From a virus, in the IMG/VR virus record IMGVR_UViG_3300020193_000013, positions 6,944 through 70,943 of that record: DNA of 64,000 nt; one strand, written 5' to 3'. The translations under genes were made by a program, and so were the position numbers. A model generated the notes under the pieces. It saw nothing but the letters and a program-made list of their open reading frames with translations, was not told the DNA's origin and searched no databases. This document shows, in pieces, positions 58,898 through 64,000 of the stretch. The stretch's first letter is position 1. Every line of letters begins with the position of its first letter.

Positions 58898-61150
58898 TTA
58901 CCTTTTAAGTTTATCAAAATATTCTTTAACTCTAAGTTCTCTAGCTTTAAGATTATTATCGCTTTCTAGCTTTAATTTTTCTAGCTTTAATTTGTTTATT
59001 ATTTCTTCTGCTAATTCTGGATTTAGTTCCTGTAATTTTTTAATAGCTTGTTTTTTGATTTTTGGATCAACTTTGGGGTTTCCTGCGAGGTTGCGCTGCA
59101 CAAATTCGTTTGGGCTTTGCGCTAATTTGGTTTGCAGCTCTGGGTGGAGGTTGGGGTTTTCTGCGAGGTAGCGTTGCACGTATTCGTCTTGGCTTTGCGC
59201 TAATTTGGTTTGCGCTTCTGGGTGGAGGTTGGGGTTTAGTGCGAGGTAGCGTTGCACGTATTCGTTTTGGCTTTGCGCTAATTTGGTTTGCAGCTCTGGG
59301 TGGAGGTTGGGGTTTAGTGCGAGGTAGCGTTGCACGTATTCGTTTGGGCTTTGCGCTAATTTGGTTTGCAGCTCTGGGGGGAGGTTGGGGTTTAGTGCGA
59401 GGTAGCGTTGCACGTATTCGTCTTGGCTTTGCGCTAATTTGGTTTGCGCTTCTGGGTGGAGGTTGGGGTTTTCTGCGAGGTCGCATTGCACGTCTACGTA
59501 TTGGCTTTGCGCTAGTTTGGTTTGCGCTTCTGGGTGGAGGTTGGGGTTTTTTGCGAGGCCTTGTTGCACGAATTTGTTTTGGCTTTGCGCTAGTTTGGTT
59601 TGCAGCTCTGGGAGGAGGTTGGGGTTTTTTGCGAGGCCGCGTTGCACGAATTCGTCTTGGCTTTGCGCTAATTTGGTTTGCGCTTCTGGGTGGAGGTTGG
59701 GGTTTAGTGCGAGGCCTTGTTGCACGAATTTGTTTTGGCTTTGCGCTAGTTTGGTTTGCAGCTCTGGGTGGAGGTTGGGGTTTTCTGCGAGGTTGCGCTG
59801 CACGAGTTCGTTTTGGCTTTGCGCTAGTTTGGTTTGCGCTTCTGGGTGGAGGTTGGGGTTTCCTGCGAGGTTTAAATGATTTTTAGGATTTTTAGATAAC
59901 TCAATATGTTTTTCTGGACTTATTCTGCTGGAGTAAGCTCCAAGTTCAGGTCTTTTTGCTAATAAAGCATCGTGTTCTTCGTGCGATAAATCATCTAAGT
60001 TAAAATTGTTACCTGGCAAATAACCGCCCCCATGAGGTAAAAAATTAGAATTTGAAAAAAGCTGCGAAATATACTTATGGTATTTTTGTTGCGGTATTAA
60101 ATTAGCTCTCCCCTTCATTTCTCCTATAGTTTTTCCATCTGGCTCTAAAATAAAAGTAGCTGCTGGTTCATGATATATTTTATCACCTATTTTAATTTCT
60201 CTTCTTAAAGAAAGTATATTTTGCCCCTTTTTTGGGTTACCTTTATTTCCGCAATGACCCATAGCAGAACCTTCATTATTGCAAGTAGCTCTGCTTAATT
60301 TATACCAGGAATATCCATCGCCTACATCCATTAATTTAGTAGTTTTTTTATCTGGGGCTACTAGTTGCGGATTATTTAAAGCTTTGGCGTTATACTGGTC
60401 TTCTGCACCTTTAAACGCTTGTAATCCTTCTTTAACATTATGTTTATCGAATCTAAGATTTGCTATATTTGGAATATGCTTAGAACTAGCATAATGCTCA
60501 ATAGCTTTAATTGCTTTATCATTAAACTGTTTAGGATTTGATATATGATTTTTAACAGCCCATTGCTGCCAGTTACCATTAGGTAGTTTTTGCGTAGCCC
60601 AATTAACGAAATCTTCTTGATGCGGTTGTATATTGGTGCCGTACATTGCTTTAAGTTCTTTTGCGCCTTTTTGAAGTGATTCAAAATCAAAATCTTTTGC
60701 AAAAACAGGCTCTTTGCTTAAATCTGGCTTTCTAATTAATGAATTAGGTTTAATTTCTTTATTCTTATGTAATTCTAATAAATCTTCTGCTTTTGTGATA
60801 ATAATGCTATCTTCATCAAAATCATAAACTAAATAACAATCTATTTCACTTTTAGTTAAAGCTGACGGTGCAAACATTTTTTGTTTTAAGTTTTTACTTA
60901 ATTCTGCTTCTTTTGATTTAACTAGTTCATCTAGTTCTTCTCGCCATTTTAAATTTTTACCTTTCTTTTCAGCTAAAAACAAAGTAATGGCTTTATGAGG
61001 TGAGGCTGCCAGGGTTTCTATTTCGCCTTTATCATTTTGAGCAAAACAAGCGTAAAGACCTCCGTGAGTCTCTACAAGAAGAATTGGCGCACCTTTTCCT
61101 GTGGTACCCACGAACTTCTTCTTTTTAATCATTTCTTTACTAATCTTCAT
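58898..61150 (-). CDS. PcfJ-like domain + 10 x 26-aa helical repeats + cap
   Basis: EG.AMGHC...ILSLR...P..T...EMKG.AN.P motif; LAxNPNLHPE repeats. Confidence 0.8.
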   Translation of the reverse strand: MKISKEMIKKKKFVGTTGKGAPILLVETHGGLYACFAQNDKGEIETLAASPHKAITLFLAEKKGKNLKWREELDELVKSKEAELSKNLKQKMFAPSALTKSEIDCYLVYDFDEDSIIITKAEDLLELHKNKEIKPNSLIRKPDLSKEPVFAKDFDFESLQKGAKELKAMYGTNIQPHQEDFVNWATQKLPNGNWQQWAVKNHISNPKQFNDKAIKAIEHYASSKHIPNIANLRFDKHNVKEGLQAFKGAEDQYNAKALNNPQLVAPDKKTTKLMDVGDGYSWYKLSRATCNNEGSAMGHCGNKGNPKKGQNILSLRREIKIGDKIYHEPAATFILEPDGKTIGEMKGRANLIPQQKYHKYISQLFSNSNFLPHGGGYLPGNNFNLDDLSHEEHDALLAKRPELGAYSSRISPEKHIELSKNPKNHLNLAGNPNLHPEAQTKLAQSQNELVQRNLAENPNLHPELQTKLAQSQNKFVQQGLALNPNLHPEAQTKLAQSQDEFVQRGLAKNPNLLPELQTKLAQSQNKFVQQGLAKNPNLHPEAQTKLAQSQYVDVQCDLAENPNLHPEAQTKLAQSQDEYVQRYLALNPNLPPELQTKLAQSPNEYVQRYLALNPNLHPELQTKLAQSQNEYVQRYLALNPNLHPEAQTKLAQSQDEYVQRYLAENPNLHPELQTKLAQSPNEFVQRNLAGNPKVDPKIKKQAIKKLQELNPELAEEIINKLKLEKLKLESDNNLKARELRVKEYFDKLKR
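59090..59869 (-). repeat. 78-bp coding tandem repeat, 10 units
   Basis: Core CTCGCAnnAAACCCCAACCTCCACCCAGA recurs every 78 bp. Confidence 0.97.
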
Positions 61151-61152
61151 GT

Positions 61153-64000
61153 TTATGCTTTTTCTTTAAATCTATCAAAATATTCTTTAACTCTAAGTTC
61201 TCTAGCTTTAAGATTATTATCGCTTTCTAGCTTTATTTTTTCTAGCTTTAATTTGTTTATTGTTTCTTCTGCTAATTCTGGATTTAGTTCCTGTAATTTT
61301 TTAATAGCTTGTTTTTTGATTTTTGGATCAACTTTGGGGTTTAGTGCGAGGCCGCGCTGCACGTATTTGTTTTGGCTTTGCGCTAATTTGGTTTGCAGCT
61401 CTGGGAGGAGGTTGGGGTTTCGTGCGAGGCTGTGCTGCACAAATTCGTTTGGGCTTTGCGCTAATTTGGTTTGCAGCTCTGGGTGGAGGTTGGGGTTTTC
61501 TGCGAGGTCGTGTTGCACTTCTGAGTATTGGCTTTGCGCTAGTTTGGTTTGCAGCTCTGGGTGGAGGTTGGGGTTTCCTGCGAGGCCGCGCTGCACGTAT
61601 TCGTATTGGCTTTGCGCTAGTTTGGTTTGCGCTTCTGGGTGGAGGTTGGGGTTTTCTGCGAGGTAGCGTTGCACGTATTCGTCTTGGCTTTGCGCTAATT
61701 TGGTTTGCGCTTCTGGGTGGAGGTTGGGGTTTAGTGCGAGGCTGCGCTGCACGTCTTTGTCTTGGCTTTGCGCTAGTTTGGTTTGCAGCTCTGGGAGGAG
61801 GTTGGGGTTTTTTGCGAGGCTGCGCTGCACGAGTTCGCTTTGGCTTTGCGCTAATTTGGTTTGCAGCTCTGGGTGGAGGTTGGGGTTTCCTGCGAGGCTG
61901 TAATGCACGTATTCGTCTTGGCTTTGCGCTAGTTTGGTTTGCAGCTCTGGGTGGAGGTTGGGGTTTTCTGCGAGGTAGCGTTGCACGTATTTGTTTTGGC
62001 TTTGCGCTAATTTGGTTTGCAGCTCTGGGTGGAGGTTGGGGTTTAGTGCGAGGCTGCGCTGCACGTCTACGTATTGGCTTTGCGCTAGTTTGGTTTGCAG
62101 CTCTGGGTGGAGGTTGGGGTTTCCTGCGAGGTAGCGTTGCACGAGTTCGTCGTGGCTTTGCGCTAATTTGGTTTGCGCTTCTGGGTGGAGGTTGGGGTTT
62201 AGTGCGAGGCCGCGCTGCACGTCTTCATTTTGGCTTTGCGCTAATTTGGCTTGCGCTTCTGGGTGGAGGTTGGGGTTTAGTGCGAGGTTTAAATGATTTT
62301 TAGGATTTTTAGATAACTCAATATGTTTTTCTGGACTTATTCTGCTGGAGTAAACTCTAAGTTCAGGTCTTTTTGCTAATAAAGCATCGTGTTCTTCGTG
62401 CGATAAATCATCTAAGTTAAAATTGTTACCTGGCAAATATTCATCTCCTTTTGGCGGAGTTATTTTAGTCCTGGCAAAAAGTTCAGAAACATACTTATGG
62501 TATTTTTGTTGCGGTATTAAATTGGCTCTACCCTTCATTTGGCCCAAACTACCATCTGGACTTAAAGATGCTGTTACGGCAGGTTCATGATACTCCTTAC
62601 CGCCAGCTTTTATAACCCTTCTTAATGATAACAATTTTTGATTTTCTTTGGCTGCGGTGCCACAGTGCCCCATGGCTTTACTTTCTTTATCGCATTTATA
62701 AGTATTTAAGTTAAACCAAGCATATCCATCACCTACATCCATTAATTTAGTAGTTTTTTTATCTGGTACTATTAACTGGGGATTGCTCAAAGCTTTTGCA
62801 TTATATTTGTTTTCTGCATCTTTAAACGCTTGTAATCCTTGTTTAATATTATGCTCTAAAAACTTAACGCTTTTGACATCTGGTATATGTTGACCAGCTT
62901 GACCATAATGTTCAATAGCTTGCATGGTTTCTTTATTAAACTGATCTGGATTTTTTGCGTGATTCTTAACTGCCCATTTTTGCCAATTATTGTTACCAGG
63001 TAGTTTTTGCGTAGCCCAATTAACGAAATCTTCTTGATGCGGTTGTATATTGGTGCCGTACATTGCTTTAAGTTCTTTTGCGCCTTTTTCTAAAGATTCA
63101 TGTTTACCAAAAGATCTGTTAAATCTATCAAAATATTCTTTAACTCTAAGTTCTCTAGCTTTAAGATTATTATCGCTTTCTAGCTTTAATTTTTCTAGCT
63201 TTAATTTGTTTATTGTTTCTTCTGCTAATTCTGGATTTAGTTCCTGTAATTTTTTAATAGCTTGTTTTTTGATTTTTGGATCAACTTTGGGGTTTTCTGC
63301 GAGGTAGTGTTGCACGTATTCGTCTTGGCTTTGCGCTAATTTGGCTTGCGCTTCTGGGTGGAGGTTGGGGTTTAGTGCGAGGTAGCGTTGCACAAATTCG
63401 TTTGGGCTTTGCGCTAATTTGGTTTGCAGCTCTGGGAGGAGGTTGGGGTTTTTTGCGAGGTAGTATTGCACTTCTGAGTCATGGCTTTGCGCTAGTTTGG
63501 TTTGCAGCTCTGGGAGGAGGTTGGGGTTTTTTGCGAGGTAGTATTGCACTTCTGAGTCATGGCTTTGCGCTAGTTTGGTTTGCGCTTCTGGGTGGAGGTT
63601 GGGGTTTCCTGCGAGGCCGCGCTGCACGTATTCGTTTTGGCTTTGCGCTAGTTTGGTTTGCGCTTCTGGGTGGAGGTTGGGGTTTCCTGCGAGGTAGTGT
63701 TGCACGAATTCGTCTTGGCTTTGCGCTAATTTGGTTTGCGCTTCTGGGTGGAGGTTGGGGTTTCCTGCGAGGTAGTGTTGCACGAATTCGTCTTGGCTTT
63801 GCGCTAATTTGGTTTGCGCTTCTGGGTGGAGGTTGGGGTTTTTTGCGAGGCTGCGCTGCACAAATTCGTTTGGGCTTTGCGCTAATTTGGTTTGCGCTTC
63901 TGGGTGGAGGTTGGGGTTTCCTGCGAGGCCGCGCTGCACGTATTCGTTTTGGCTTTGCGCTAGTTTGGTTTGCGCTTCTGGGTGGAGGTTGGGGTTTCCT
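61153..64000 (-). CDS. Tandem repeat-array/PcfJ-like polyprotein, N-terminus beyond window
   Basis: Frame open to window edge; about 9 repeats, cap, PcfJ-like domain, 12 repeats, cap. Confidence 0.8.
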   Translation of the reverse strand, partial: GNPNLHPEAQTKLAQSQNEYVQRGLAGNPNLHPEAQTKLAQSPNEFVQRSLAKNPNLHPEAQTKLAQSQDEFVQHYLAGNPNLHPEAQTKLAQSQDEFVQHYLAGNPNLHPEAQTKLAQSQNEYVQRGLAGNPNLHPEAQTKLAQSHDSEVQYYLAKNPNLLPELQTKLAQSHDSEVQYYLAKNPNLLPELQTKLAQSPNEFVQRYLALNPNLHPEAQAKLAQSQDEYVQHYLAENPKVDPKIKKQAIKKLQELNPELAEETINKLKLEKLKLESDNNLKARELRVKEYFDRFNRSFGKHESLEKGAKELKAMYGTNIQPHQEDFVNWATQKLPGNNNWQKWAVKNHAKNPDQFNKETMQAIEHYGQAGQHIPDVKSVKFLEHNIKQGLQAFKDAENKYNAKALSNPQLIVPDKKTTKLMDVGDGYAWFNLNTYKCDKESKAMGHCGTAAKENQKLLSLRRVIKAGGKEYHEPAVTASLSPDGSLGQMKGRANLIPQQKYHKYVSELFARTKITPPKGDEYLPGNNFNLDDLSHEEHDALLAKRPELRVYSSRISPEKHIELSKNPKNHLNLALNPNLHPEAQAKLAQSQNEDVQRGLALNPNLHPEAQTKLAQSHDELVQRYLAGNPNLHPELQTKLAQSQYVDVQRSLALNPNLHPELQTKLAQSQNKYVQRYLAENPNLHPELQTKLAQSQDEYVHYSLAGNPNLHPELQTKLAQSQSELVQRSLAKNPNLLPELQTKLAQSQDKDVQRSLALNPNLHPEAQTKLAQSQDEYVQRYLAENPNLHPEAQTKLAQSQYEYVQRGLAGNPNLHPELQTKLAQSQYSEVQHDLAENPNLHPELQTKLAQSPNEFVQHSLARNPNLLPELQTKLAQSQNKYVQRGLALNPKVDPKIKKQAIKKLQELNPELAEETINKLKLEKIKLESDNNLKARELRVKEYFDRFKEKA
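61351..62286 (-). repeat. 78-bp coding tandem repeat, 12 units
   Basis: Same unit; 936 bp. Confidence 0.97.
63304..64000 (-). repeat. 78-bp coding tandem repeat, 8 full units plus a ninth cut by the window edge
   Basis: Same unit, continues off window. Confidence 0.97.

Noticed and set aside
59062-62303. Plus-strand hydrophobic repeat ORFs (FALIWFAALGGGWG) at 59062..59886 and 61323..62303
   Set aside because: Antisense shadows confined to the arrays; the A-poor plus strand rarely forms stop codons
59090-64000. 78-bp arrays as CRISPR arrays
   Set aside because: Units are contiguous, in-frame coding repeats with no unique spacers; no cas genes in the window
59090-64000. Diversity-generating retroelement acting on the repeats (many variable codons are NNC, as from AAC)
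   Set aside because: No reverse transcriptase or non-coding template in the window; many adenines including synonymous ones (GCA, CCA) are invariant, and non-A changes occur (TTA/CTA, GCG/CTG). Cannot be fully excluded without the rest of the genome

Overview
AT-rich segment of a large contractile-tailed (myovirus-like) phage genome. No cellular housekeeping genes are present. Most genes lie on the minus strand and form a late/morphogenesis region. In transcription order (right to left) it holds: three PcfJ-like + 26-aa tandem-repeat modules; neck/head-completion genes; a cluster of multidomain 'polyvalent' proteins (NUDIX, ADP-ribosyltransferase-like, HExxH metallopeptidase, lytic-transglycosylase-like, SAM-lyase-like, and an intact plus a degenerate mCpol/Cas10-palm domain) joined by a recurring K[S/A]-type linker; tail sheath; a homing-endonuclease-like gene; DnaJ; tail tube; tRNA-Asn(GTT); putative holins; tail chaperones; tape measure; baseplate; a cluster of collar-domain fibres; and an M15 endolysin. 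Small plus-strand gene islands interrupt this region. An intergenic CTTAATCT motif precedes many minus-strand genes. The most notable candidates are (i) a probable capsid-packaged, protease-processed effector arsenal including a phage-borne mCpol pair fused to a SAM-lyase-like domain and (ii) near-identical 78-bp repeat arrays whose variation is confined to a few codons. All family calls come from motif recognition by eye, not from database searches.
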